Virus record (IMG/VR): IMGVR_UViG_3300010430_000004
Span: 64,001 to 128,000 of that record
DNA: 64,000 nt
From: a virus
Direction: 5' to 3' (one strand)
Shown here one piece after another: positions 40,514 to 50,525 of this stretch (positions are counted from its first letter, which is position 1; every line of letters starts with the position of its first letter). The position numbers were made by a program, and so were the translations under genes. The notes beneath the pieces are model-generated. The model did no database searches and was not told where the DNA came from. It was given only the letters and a program-made list of their open reading frames with translations.

Positions 40514-42213
40514 GCAAATATGAAAACAACCAGAGAGAAGACGTTCTTCGTGACCTTAAAGAGGCACTGAATGACGCTGAAGATTTACCCAGAGAATATA
40601 GAGCTGAGAGAATTATGCAAGTTTTTGACAAGCACTTGTTACTAAACAAAATACCACTACAGATCAATCATTATGATATTACAGCTATGGTGTCCAATGC
40701 TAAAGGCAACATGATTAATATGCCTAGTTATGTAGAAATCTCTAAAAAACAAGTAGGACTTCATGAAGTTAGATTTGTTGCTATTTTACAGTCACTTATA
40801 GGATATTTAAATAGAAAAGACGCATTGAAGAGAATGCCAGAAATTGAATTTACTAAAAGAAGGCAAAAATGAATTTTATTCATATTTATTTTTATGTTTC
40901 TTGCGTAATAAGTGGAAATGATATAAATCACACAGATGCTTTTAGAAATATTAAAAGTGAGCATTTAAATATGTCACTTGAAAAACATGTGTGCTCTAGA
41001 AGAGAAGGTGTTTCTATATATATACCACCATCGAATGTCAAGCATTTAACTCCAGTTCTTATAAGAACTGCAAAGTTTACTGCTGCAAATTCGTATACTG
41101 ATCTCAATAAGGGAAGCAAATTAGAAACAGGCGCATCAGAAGGGTGCAAAATAACAACAAAAGAAAGAGTATACATTTCAGCAGTTAGCTGTAAAAGTTA
41201 CAATTAAGGAGAATATAATGGGTAGAGGAAGAAGTGCAAAAAGTATTGAAGAAAAAATCAGTGAAGAATTGCCTGAGTTTTATGATAGTGTTCAATCAAT
41301 GAGCATTGAGCAATTAAAGGATCAGTTGGCTCGTGACGCTGGATATCGCGTAGAAAACCAAATAGCCAAAAAAGAAGATACTGAACTTAAAGCTGCTCGT
41401 GATCACGCCTCATTTCTGGCTGGCCCTTATAATGATGCTGAGAAAATGCTTAAACTTAAGGCTGAATTTGTTAAATCTCTTCTTGACGCTAAAGGTGGAT
41501 CAGTTGAGCAAAAAGACACAACCGAAAACGCATCTTAATAAAGGTCTTCAGGAAAACATCAAAAAGAGTGGTGCTTTACCTGAAGATTTTGCTATGGTTA
41601 ACATAGCTGTTCGCTATGATCAGATGAGGTGCTTTATTGCTCACCTTAGAATGATTAATATTGACGTTGAGCTTCCTCCAAAAGTAGAAGCTCTTGTTAA
41701 GTTTTATGAAAACAAGGGAAAATCGGAATGACTACTCTACAAAAACTAGATTATTGTATAGCAAAAACTGAGTATTCAGATTCTATGTTCGCTTGCCATT
41801 GGCTTAGTGTTACTGAAAGAACTATTAAAGCTTTTAGGGCTCTTTCTACTGAAGAACAAGAAAATCCAGAATTAAAAATAACAAAAAGAATAGGCCCTAT
41901 TTACAATTTTCTAAAACTGGCCGAAAAAGCAAATTTATTTAGAGACTATCATCCAGCCAATATTATGGGCGCTGATTTAGACGAATATACCAGAGATCCT
42001 GAAGATGATGACTGCTATCTTTCTCCATCTTTATTTGTAAAATATTTCGGAGAGTACCCTGGAGAATATTCTGAAGAAAGCTTGATGAACTATATACATA
42101 TTATTATTGTAAATTTTTGCAAAAAAGAGATAGAAATAGAAAAGCTTGAGTCAAAGATTAAGCTCATGGAAAATGAAAAAGAAATTAAAAGACTTAGAGA
42201 AGAAAACTCTTAA
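40510..42213 (+). other. Run of small hypothetical genes (40510-40872, 40869-41207, 41218-41538, one ending at 41731 with uncertain start, 41728-42213)
   Basis: Tightly packed same-strand ORFs; no recognisable motifs. Confidence 0.55.
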
Positions 42214-42227
42214 TTGAAGGGCTATTC

Positions 42228-42854
42228 GTGAGGGTTCTTGCTCTAGATATGTCAACTAAAACTGGATGGGCTATTCTAGAAATGGAAAAAGGCAAATGCG
42301 AGCTCATTGATTGTGGAGTTCTTAAACAAACTCCAGAACCTGAAGGCTATGAGTATCCCTTTAGTTATCTTAAATGGTCAAATATGTGCTTTGATCAGAT
42401 AGCTAAGATCTGGGACACTAAAGCAAACCCTGAAGTAGTCGTTATAGAAGAAACCGCTAAAGGTTCTAGAAACTCTTTTACTCAGAAAATTTTAGAATTC
42501 ATCCATTTCAGAATGGCGCTTTGGCTTCAAGACGAATGTGAGCAAAACCCTGAATTAAAATATAGATACTATTTAACTGAAGAATGGCGTAGAATAGCAG
42601 GGTGCCAACAAAACGCTGCTGAAAAGAAAAACAATGCTAAACGTAGCAGAGAAAAAGCCAAAGCCAAGAAAAAAGGAGAAGCTACTACAGTTATAAAAGA
42701 TAAAGAAGGCAACCGTTTAGGTAGGGTGACTAAAAAACACGTTAATGTTAGAAGATGTAACGAGGTTTTTGGCACAGAGTTCATACTCAAGGATGAAGAC
42801 AAGGCCGATGCTTGTTTGTTAGGGTATGCTTATTATAAGGAGAATTTTGAATGA
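42228..42854 (+). CDS. RuvC-like Holliday junction resolvase
   Basis: VLALDMSTKTGW, VVIEE, EWR, EDKADA. Confidence 0.75.
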   Translation: MRVLALDMSTKTGWAILEMEKGKCELIDCGVLKQTPEPEGYEYPFSYLKWSNMCFDQIAKIWDTKANPEVVVIEETAKGSRNSFTQKILEFIHFRMALWLQDECEQNPELKYRYYLTEEWRRIAGCQQNAAEKKNNAKRSREKAKAKKKGEATTVIKDKEGNRLGRVTKKHVNVRRCNEVFGTEFILKDEDKADACLLGYAYYKENFE

Positions 42855-42949
42855 CAATAACAATACCTGATTGGATGGGTTACGCATTTGTGGCTTATTT
42901 AGTTATTAGATGTTTTCTAACATATATGGATATAAAGAGTTATAAATAA
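42851..42949 (+). CDS. 32-aa single-TM peptide missing from the ORF track
   Basis: ATGA overlap; MTITIPDWMGYAFVAYLVIRCFLTYMDIKSYK. Confidence 0.4.
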   Translation: MTITIPDWMGYAFVAYLVIRCFLTYMDIKSYK

Positions 42950-42962
42950 TATAAGGTAAAGC

Positions 42963-43757
42963 ATGGATAAAGACAAAGTACTGCAAGCAGTAAATGACAT
43001 TAAGAAAAAGTTTGCGACTGAAAGTGTAGATGAAGAACAGGTGAAGGAAAGCTTCGTAGATAAGCTTAATGCCTTGCTACAATCTATTTTCGGAGATGAT
43101 GTTGATGCTGCCTATGAGCTTCTTGAAAAAGGCGACCTTTCTAATTATAGGAAGAGCTATATTAAACGATTAAGAAAATTTGTATATTCTAATCTGAAAA
43201 ATTTCTTCTACGCAGCGTTTATGTTCAGTATTGTAGCATTTCTAGTATCTGAAGCTGTTACTTTTTATGCCGTTGATGGAGTGGTAGAATCTAAGACGTA
43301 TATAAAGGCTATACTGACTGAAGTCAGTTTCATCTTTCTTTCCGGCTATGTAGCAACGACCAAATGGACCCAGGTAATAAGCAAATTACTCCTGGCTGGA
43401 GTATTTGGGCTTATGCTGTTTGTAATCTCTGCTGAAACTCTTAAACAGGGAGAAGCAGGAAGTCAAGAGTCTGCTATTATTGCCCAACAGATTATCACAC
43501 TAGAGACACAGATAAAAGAAAAAGAAGAATTGATTAAATACTATGTATCTATTGGTTGGCCAAGAAATGCCACAACTACTAGATTAGAGAAACAAAAATT
43601 AGTAGATAAGCTGCTATTACTAAAAGAAAAACAAGCAGCTGGAAAAAATGAAAGCGTTACTGACATTGAGCGTTATAAAAGTTATGGTAAGGCTTTCTTT
43701 AGAGTGATATTATTAATGATCAACTTACTTATTTCTAGAAGAGTGTTTAAGTTTTGA
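42963..43757 (+). CDS. Multi-TM membrane protein with coiled coil
   Basis: Three TM helices, coiled coil, final TM. Confidence 0.65.
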   Translation: MDKDKVLQAVNDIKKKFATESVDEEQVKESFVDKLNALLQSIFGDDVDAAYELLEKGDLSNYRKSYIKRLRKFVYSNLKNFFYAAFMFSIVAFLVSEAVTFYAVDGVVESKTYIKAILTEVSFIFLSGYVATTKWTQVISKLLLAGVFGLMLFVISAETLKQGEAGSQESAIIAQQIITLETQIKEKEELIKYYVSIGWPRNATTTRLEKQKLVDKLLLLKEKQAAGKNESVTDIERYKSYGKAFFRVILLMINLLISRRVFKF

Positions 43758-44343
43758 GAAATAGAAGTAGAATCAGGGGCTATTGTTTTTGTTGCGGTAC
43801 AGAAACTGCAAAATGGACCAATATGAAGGGTATGTCTTTTAGATGGAGGCATACTAGAAAAATACTAAGACATGATTTTTGGAATTATGTCTGTACTGTT
43901 TGTGGAGAATATGGTATGTGGAGTTGTGACATTGCAAAATTTGCCCAACTCATTAACATGGGCACTGGTGATCTTTCAGGAAATGATGACTCTCAGGGTA
44001 TGGACTACAAATATTTTAATAAGGGTGGAATATGAGCATCAAAGACAAAGAAGTCACTATTGAAGAATTTGCTAAATGGGCAAGTAATAATAAAAACTAT
44101 ACATGGTATCATGGAAAAGGCGGTGGCTTTGATTTTGGCGGCACTAATTGTCCCTTTATTAAATATATGCGCCCTGCATTGGATACTCGTGACATGAAGG
44201 TTTATAGAATAGAGTGTGACCGTAAAGAATATACTACAGATTTTAGAGACGAAGGCGAAGGTACTATCCTTGATATTTTATCCGCTAAACTAGAAAAAGC
44301 TATGAAAAACCACAACAAAGAAATGGAGAAAGAAAATGAGTAA
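43754..44343 (+). other. Two hypothetical genes (43754-44035 with CxxC...CxxC; 44032-44343)
   Basis: Coupled ORFs. Confidence 0.55.
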
Positions 44344-44968
44344 TGGAATAGTCAAACAATTCGCCACTTCTGATTGGCACGTTGGACATCATAATGTTAT
44401 TGATTTCTCTAACAGGCCCTTCAAGGATACTCGTGATATGCACAGAGTATTGATTAATAATTATAACTCTACCGTACCTGAAGATGGCATTTGCTATTTT
44501 GTAGGCGACATGGGCATGGGAAATCCACTTACTCTTAAACACGTTATTAAAGAGCTAAACGGTACTAAAATTTTAGTACTAGGAAATCACGACAAAGGAT
44601 TAAACAAGATGTACAGTCTAGGCTTTGACGTAGTAACGTTTGGAGCGATCTTTGATATTTGTGGTGAGCAAGTAACAATGACCCATTGCCCTCTAAGAGA
44701 CACATACAGAGAAGATACAAGCAAAATGAAAGAAGGCGAGCTTTGTCCTAACTGGCATGGTGAGCATAGAAAAAAATATAAAAAATATACCATTCCTAAT
44801 TGGGGCCAATATCATCTTCACGGCCATATCCACTCTCCAAACTCTGGTCAATCAAAAAAGATTGAAGGTAGACAAATGGATGTTGGAGTAGATGCTAACG
44901 GATATCGCCCAGTAAGTTGGAGTGCCATTGAATCATGGATAGCAAAGACTAAAAATGTCAAAGGGTAA
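44336..44968 (+). CDS. Calcineurin-like metallophosphoesterase (COG4186/AQ1575-like)
   Basis: SDWHVGH, NRPF, VGD, GNHD, THCP, LHGHIH, DVGVD. Confidence 0.85.
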   Translation: MSNGIVKQFATSDWHVGHHNVIDFSNRPFKDTRDMHRVLINNYNSTVPEDGICYFVGDMGMGNPLTLKHVIKELNGTKILVLGNHDKGLNKMYSLGFDVVTFGAIFDICGEQVTMTHCPLRDTYREDTSKMKEGELCPNWHGEHRKKYKKYTIPNWGQYHLHGHIHSPNSGQSKKIEGRQMDVGVDANGYRPVSWSAIESWIAKTKNVKG

Positions 44969-45191
44969 TTTAAGCGTTTTTGCTGCCAATAAAACAAACT
45001 ATAATGATGGAATTAATAAAAGAGAAGATTTTATTACTAGAAGATGGTCAGCATATAGATTAGAAAAATTTGTAGGATTGAGAAGCTTTACTGATGCAGA
45101 CTCCTACAATGATATGAGAAGTAATGGGTTCGCTTATCCTCTTGATGAACACAATCATATAGAAGCTAGAAATAAGAAAGACAAAAAATGA
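44955..45191 (+). CDS. Small paralogue 1 of a three-gene family
   Basis: Core KTNYNDGINKREDFITRRWSAYRLEKFVGLRSFTDADSYND. Confidence 0.75.
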   Translation: MSKGNLSVFAANKTNYNDGINKREDFITRRWSAYRLEKFVGLRSFTDADSYNDMRSNGFAYPLDEHNHIEARNKKDKK

Positions 45192-45406
45192 GTAGGACTA
45201 TAGTTAATTTTGGAAAAAAAGCAAACTATAATCCTAAAGTAAACACTTCAAGCCTTAGCATTAGAGAAAAATGGCACAAGTTTAGACACGAAACATACAT
45301 AGGAATTGGCAATTTTTCTAATACTGATAATTATAATAGTGGAGTTTCAGAAAATACGAATATAAAAGAAAACAAAAGTTCAGAAATGGTAAACTTAAAT
45401 GAATGA
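45188..45406 (+). CDS. Small paralogue 2 of a three-gene family
   Basis: Core KANYNPKVNTSSLSIREKWHKFRHETYIGIGNFSNTDNYNS. Confidence 0.75.
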   Translation: MSRTIVNFGKKANYNPKVNTSSLSIREKWHKFRHETYIGIGNFSNTDNYNSGVSENTNIKENKSSEMVNLNE

Positions 45407-45614
45407 TGATTACATAAACAATATAATAGTAAAGACTAAATATTCTTATTCTCTTAATGATAGAAGTTTTCACATGGAAACCCACTGGTCTAATTATTGT
45501 ATGGAAGATTTCGTAAGTGTAGCTGGATTTACTAATACTGAAAATTACGATGAAATTGAAACAGAAGATATAGCCACGGATATAGAAGACCATGATCATT
45601 ATAGCGACGAGTGA
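45399..45614 (+). CDS. Small paralogue 3 of a three-gene family
   Basis: Core KTKYSYSLNDRSFHMETHWSNYCMEDFVSVAGFTNTENYDE. Confidence 0.75.
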   Translation: MNDDYINNIIVKTKYSYSLNDRSFHMETHWSNYCMEDFVSVAGFTNTENYDEIETEDIATDIEDHDHYSDE

Positions 45615-46290
45615 TACTCATTATAGGCACGAAAAAGTGGAGCTAGCTCCAGGTGATGTGTTTATTCATGCCGGAGACAACAACGCTGGTGGACCAAGCT
45701 GTGCTCGTGATTTTATTGAATGGGTTGGCGAACTTAATTACAAACATAAAATAATTATTGCAGGCAACCATGATAATGCCTTTGCCGATGATCCCAAGTA
45801 TATTGAGCAATTATGTAAAGATAATGGGGTCATATACCTAAACGATTCTGGAGTAGAGATTGATGGGGTTAAGTTCTGGGGAAGCCCATGGACACCTAAG
45901 TATGGATTAGACATTTATGTATTTAACGCTGCACGTTCAGTAACCGAACAAGCATTCTTAGGTTTTAAATATCCATTAATAGAAGAAAAGTGGGCTCTTA
46001 TCCCTGAAGATACTGACGTATTGATTACCCACGGCCCAGCTTATGATGTTCTTGACGTAAACAAAAAAGGCATACCTTGTGGGTGCGTAGAGTTGAGAAA
46101 AGCCATAGAAAAAATAAAACCACAGGTTCATATCTTTGGTCACATTCACGAAGGCGCTGGAGATACTAAAATAAATGAGACTGAATACTATAACGTGGCT
46201 TACTTTGGTAAGATTACAAGGCACTCTCGTAACGAATACACTATTGAAAAAAATCCAGCAAGCATGATTTATATTGACGATAATAAATAA
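45592..46290 (+). CDS. Metallophosphoesterase, MPPED2/239FB-like
   Basis: SDTH, IHAGD, IAGNHD, GSPWTP, LITHGP, CGC, HIFGHIHEG. Confidence 0.85.
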   Translation: MIIIATSDTHYRHEKVELAPGDVFIHAGDNNAGGPSCARDFIEWVGELNYKHKIIIAGNHDNAFADDPKYIEQLCKDNGVIYLNDSGVEIDGVKFWGSPWTPKYGLDIYVFNAARSVTEQAFLGFKYPLIEEKWALIPEDTDVLITHGPAYDVLDVNKKGIPCGCVELRKAIEKIKPQVHIFGHIHEGAGDTKINETEYYNVAYFGKITRHSRNEYTIEKNPASMIYIDDNK

Positions 46291-46296
46291 TTGAAT

Positions 46297-46639
46297 CTCC
46301 AGTCTGGACGGTGCGGTGTCGAAAGCCCACGTTCTTCCTGGACCGAGGGTTATGTGCGAGGCATATTAAAATGGTTGCTAAGATCTGCCCTTTACTTGTG
46401 GTATAGTCCATGAACTTACCACAGCCCCTAGAGATAGGTAGCTCCTTGATCTAGTAGAGGCTCTGCAAGCCTACACTGTTACTAGACGCGTCTAGACAGT
46501 TGTTTTTAAGCCCTATTATGGGCAGAACAAGCAGCGCATGGTGGATGTAGGAAACGCCACTAGGAGTCACAATCCTCTCAGCAGCTCAATGATACGGGGC
46601 AACAGCTGGAAAACTGTGAGGTTGCGGCTCGCTTTTTTT
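46297..46639 (+). ncRNA. Candidate large structured non-coding RNA (~340 nt), class unassigned
   Basis: Longest ORF-free gap in the window; 145/300 G+C over 46321-46620; about ten helices including a GNRA loop; G-U pairs favour the + strand; ends in a T7 run. Boundaries approximate. Confidence 0.7.
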
Positions 46640-46706
46640 ATTCAGCTCAAATCTGAGCCGAGCAAAATCTTCAATAATTTCAATGACTTTATTCTCTAAA
46701 AATTTA

Positions 46707-46736
46707 CTAGCATTTTTTAATAATCCATGTTATATT
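46707..46736 (+). promoter_or_regulatory. TAGC-class promoter: CTAGCA-N18-TATATT
   Basis: One of four copies. Confidence 0.7.
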
Positions 46737-46757
46737 TAACTCAACAAAGGAAATAAA

Positions 46758-46973
46758 ATGGTTTATTTAATAGTTGTAGGCTTAATATGTACCACAGGCA
46801 CTATTGATTGTTATTCAAAAATAAATAACAAAGCCGAGAAAATAAACGTTACTAGAGAAATGACCAAAAAAGAGTGTGTAGAGAAGACAATGATTCTTAG
46901 AAAATATATAACAGACAATAAATTAGGAAAACCTATAGTTGTTTGTAGAATAAACTGGGAGAAGGTACAATGA
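46758..46973 (+). CDS. Small Cys-containing exported protein
   Basis: Hydrophobic N-terminus; four Cys; AAGGA RBS. Confidence 0.55.
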   Translation: MVYLIVVGLICTTGTIDCYSKINNKAEKINVTREMTKKECVEKTMILRKYITDNKLGKPIVVCRINWEKVQ

Positions 46974-47386
46974 ATCCAAGAACGCCTAAATTTTTTAACA
47001 ATGGAATTGAAGTCAAACACATTTCTGAGAAAAAAGGCAGAGGTGTATTTGCTACTCGTACTATTAAAAAAGGTGAAGTATTTGAAATAGCGCCCTGCCT
47101 AATAGTGCCCCATGATGAGAGTGAACTAGTAAACGACACTTTTTTAGGTTTTTATACCTATTCTCCTCCAGGGCCAACTAAGGATGAGGATGAAGAAACA
47201 TACGATGAGTGCTCAATTATTGCTCTTGGTTATGGATCTTTATATAATACTAACAAGAACCCAAACGCTGACTATGCTGTTTATTATAACCATGCTAAAT
47301 ACTTTGCGCTAAGAACTATTAAAAAGGGCGAAGAAATATTAATAAACTATGGTTGGGATGAGTCTTATACAAAGGATTTTGAATGA
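46970..47386 (+). CDS. SET-domain protein (lysine methyltransferase fold)
   Basis: KGRGVFATRTIKKGEV, GSLYNT...PNA, FALRTIKKGEEILINYG; the usual NHS motif reads NTN. Confidence 0.85.
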   Translation: MNPRTPKFFNNGIEVKHISEKKGRGVFATRTIKKGEVFEIAPCLIVPHDESELVNDTFLGFYTYSPPGPTKDEDEETYDECSIIALGYGSLYNTNKNPNADYAVYYNHAKYFALRTIKKGEEILINYGWDESYTKDFE

Positions 47387-47419
47387 AAAAGCTAAGCCAT
47401 TGGTGGCGTTGTAGTTGGT

Positions 47420-50186
47420 GTGGATTTGCCACAAATGATTCGGTGCATATTTGCAAGGGGAAATGATATGGATGTTTATGTGGTTACTTATGGATATGAC
47501 TATGAAAGCACTTCTGTTCTTGGAGTATACTCTACTGAACAAAAAGCCCAAGCAGCAGTAGAAGATATGGTTGGTAATTATTATGATGAAGTGAAATGGT
47601 ACACAGACTATATGGCTAAAGAGTATAGCAGTGAATCAGACAGCACTGGTAGAAGATTTGAAATTGAACAATGTCAGTTAGATGACCAATATGAAGATGA
47701 TTTATTCGAGGACTAATTATGTTATACGGACTATATATGGAAAAAGAAACAGATAATATTGCTATAAAGCGCACAGCAAACTCTATTGAAGCTTTCAATC
47801 ACACCCACTATCATAAGGTTTGGAAGGCTAGAAGAGAAATTGGTGATAATCTAGGAAATCTTGATCAACCAAACCATTCGCTTGTGGGTAAAAAGCTCAG
47901 AAATCGCAAAACAGGAGATATTTATAATGTGGAGTCTGTTAAGAAACAGTTCTATGCTGGATGGTATTTTGGAGCGCTGCTTGAGTGTAACAACAGTCAT
48001 TGTTTTGCATGGTTCCACAACGAAAGCAGTATAGATAGTATTGTTGAAAAGCATTGTATAGAATTTTGGGAAGATTTTGAGGAAGTGAAATGAAAACACT
48101 GAAAAAAATTAAACTAACTTCAGATTGTGGAACAATGGCATGGACCGTTGATTTGCATGAAGTCGCCCACGATAGGGCCTGTTACTATTCCAAAAAAGAC
48201 AGCGACAATGCCACTTATGAAGATGAATATGAATTTACCTGTGAAGACGACTACGAAGCTGTTGATTGGTTACAAAACAATATGGACTGGTATAATTGTA
48301 GATCATTAAAGATGATTATGAATTTTGAAAAACCTTTAAACGAAGTAGATATTGACGATTGGGAGATAGTATAATGGGCTTAGATATAGATGGAATAAAA
48401 ATTATCAGAGAAGGAAAAACCGATGACACTGTTTTTGTATACGAAGGTTTTGAACGGTCCCTTAAAGATGAAGAAATAGTAAGTCTTGATTATGATGACG
48501 AAAATTGGGAATGCGTAGCTGACGGAATCTCTATGTCTTATGGATCATATAATGGATTTAGAAGAGTGCTGGCTGAAGCAGCCCTAAACACAAGTGTAGA
48601 AAATGTATGGAAATTGGCTGGAAATCTCAAAGATAGTGAACCTTATCCTTCTCCAATTTTTCATATACTTAATTTTGCAGACAATGAAGGTTTTATAGGC
48701 CCATCGGCTGTAAAAGAATTAGATAGTTATTTTGATGAAAGACTTGAATATCTTAAGGAAGAGCTTTCGGATGATGAATACTATATGCACAAGGTTATTA
48801 GTTTAGCTGAATGTATTAAAGAAACTGCCAAAGAAAATGGCTACTTGAGGTTTGGATAATGGGTAGAAAATTATCAAGGGCCTTGAACCCTAAACATGGT
48901 TGGCGAGAAGCTTTAGAAGATCTTAAGGATTTTTTATGGTACGACCCAGCTAGTTGGTGTCGATCAAAAATTGAAATGCTTCAGAGAATGGTATATTGGG
49001 GCTGGCACATGAGATGGAGTTGGGACTTTGACGCTAGTACTATTTATGAAATGCTTTACAGAAAATTAGACAGAATTTACTGCTGTATGAGAGATCATTC
49101 CCATTGTGTATGGAACAGCAGCATCGAACAGCCTAGAATGAGAGAACTAAGAGAAGCTAGAGAAATCGCTAAAAGACTATGGGAAGATGACTATGATATG
49201 GCAGCTTTCTATGAGACTGAGGAAAAATACGGCAAGCTTAAATCATGGACTGAAAAAATTCCAAACAAACCTCTCTATAGATATCATTCTTTATGGGGAA
49301 ATGACGAAGAAGTTGATAAGAAAGCTATAGTGTTTAATCGTAGAAGAGATAAGCATTGGAGAGAAGTAAAAAAGCTTCATAAAGATCGTTTATTTTATTT
49401 GCTAAACAAAAACGTAGAGTATTGGTGGGACTGATGATTCATCATTATCTTTATAAAAGCTTTTCAAATAAGACAAAAATAGCATACGTTAAGTTGACTT
49501 GTACTGGAGAAAAATATGTCTATGACGCTAAGGCCAGAAATGGTTGGTCGAATACCCCAAGTAGGGTTGCTCCAGTAACTACTAGTGCTAAATTAACTAC
49601 TTGCCCATTGTGCAAGAAAAAACTAGTAGACAAGTTAGAAAGCCAATTAAAGGAGTTGAGATAATGGAAATTTTATTTTTCATCATTCCAGTGTGGATTC
49701 TTATATTTGTAATGCTTGTTGTTTACAGCATTAGCAAGAAAAGATTAAAAGCATTCTTATTGCAGTTCTTAATATATGAGGTATTTTTTGCATTATTAGC
49801 CACGGTAGCTTTTCCAGTTTTTGGGACATTCTTTGGATTTACTTCTTATACTGCTGCTGCAATGTTTTGTGCTTCTGACTTATTAGATTGGGTCAAAAAA
49901 ATAGGAGAGAAAAATGAAAAGTAAAACTACAATACTATTATCTATACTGCCTTTAGTATTTGGATACTTGATTCTTATAGGGGTCAGCAATTCAGATGGG
50001 ATGGAAGCTTTTAAAAAATCTGAACAAAAAACAGCAACTTGTAGCCTCAAAGGATTTAAAGGTTTTCCAGAAAACGTAACCGGACCAGTTACCCTAGAGT
50101 TGGCCAAATTAATCACGGTTATGGTATCCAACGATGATGAAAGTTTAGAAATTACCGTAGCAAAGAAAAGGTGCGAAATCAAATGA
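47420..50186 (+). other. Run of small hypothetical genes (ending 47716, 48093, 48374, 48859, 49434, 49664, 49924, 50186)
   Basis: Coupled ORFs; several acidic or membrane-type; no recognisable family. Confidence 0.55.
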
Positions 50187-50524
50187 AAATTTTATATATA
50201 ATTTTATTAACTTTTGCTATACAATCAGCACAAGCTTTTACAGCAAAAGACGCAAAAACTTTGGCTAATATTAGTAATCTAACCACAGAAGCAGAAAATG
50301 ACGCTGAAATATGCAAACTTAATATACTAAAAGATGTTAGAAAAAAAGCAACTAAAGGTTATTCAATCCTTTTCTTAATAATGAATGATAGAGACTCTTG
50401 CAGTTGGGGAAATGTCCCAGAACTAGTTTCTAAAAAACTCGAAAAGATGGGATATAGTACGCATTTAGTTGAAGCTGGAATTAACGGTAATAAATGGACT
50501 AGAATATTGACGGTAGGGTGGTAA
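50171..50524 (+). CDS. Secreted hypothetical protein (true start probably the internal MKILY)
   Basis: Signal peptide MKILYIILLTFAIQSAQA; ATKGY...LEKMGY...ILTVGW. Confidence 0.6.
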   Translation: MRNQMKILYIILLTFAIQSAQAFTAKDAKTLANISNLTTEAENDAEICKLNILKDVRKKATKGYSILFLIMNDRDSCSWGNVPELVSKKLEKMGYSTHLVEAGINGNKWTRILTVGW

Positions 50525-50525
50525 T

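Noticed and set aside
46404-46541. RNase P-like words AGTCCATG, CAGAAC and CATGG
   Set aside because: GAGGAA is missing, CAGAAC and CATGG are not contiguous, and the spacing is too short. Left for cmscan.
46400-46615. Group I intron-like words (GTATAGTCC, CAGCAGC, GCTGGAAA)
   Set aside because: Order does not follow P-Q-R-S, there is no R element, and no interrupted gene flanks the region
46297-46639. tmRNA or tRNA reading of the structured region (minus-strand TTCGA near 46318-46323; an LSAAQ-stop frame near 46575-46592)
   Set aside because: No GGGG 5' acceptor strand or CCA end; the T-stem does not pair on the minus strand; the frame does not end in AA-stop
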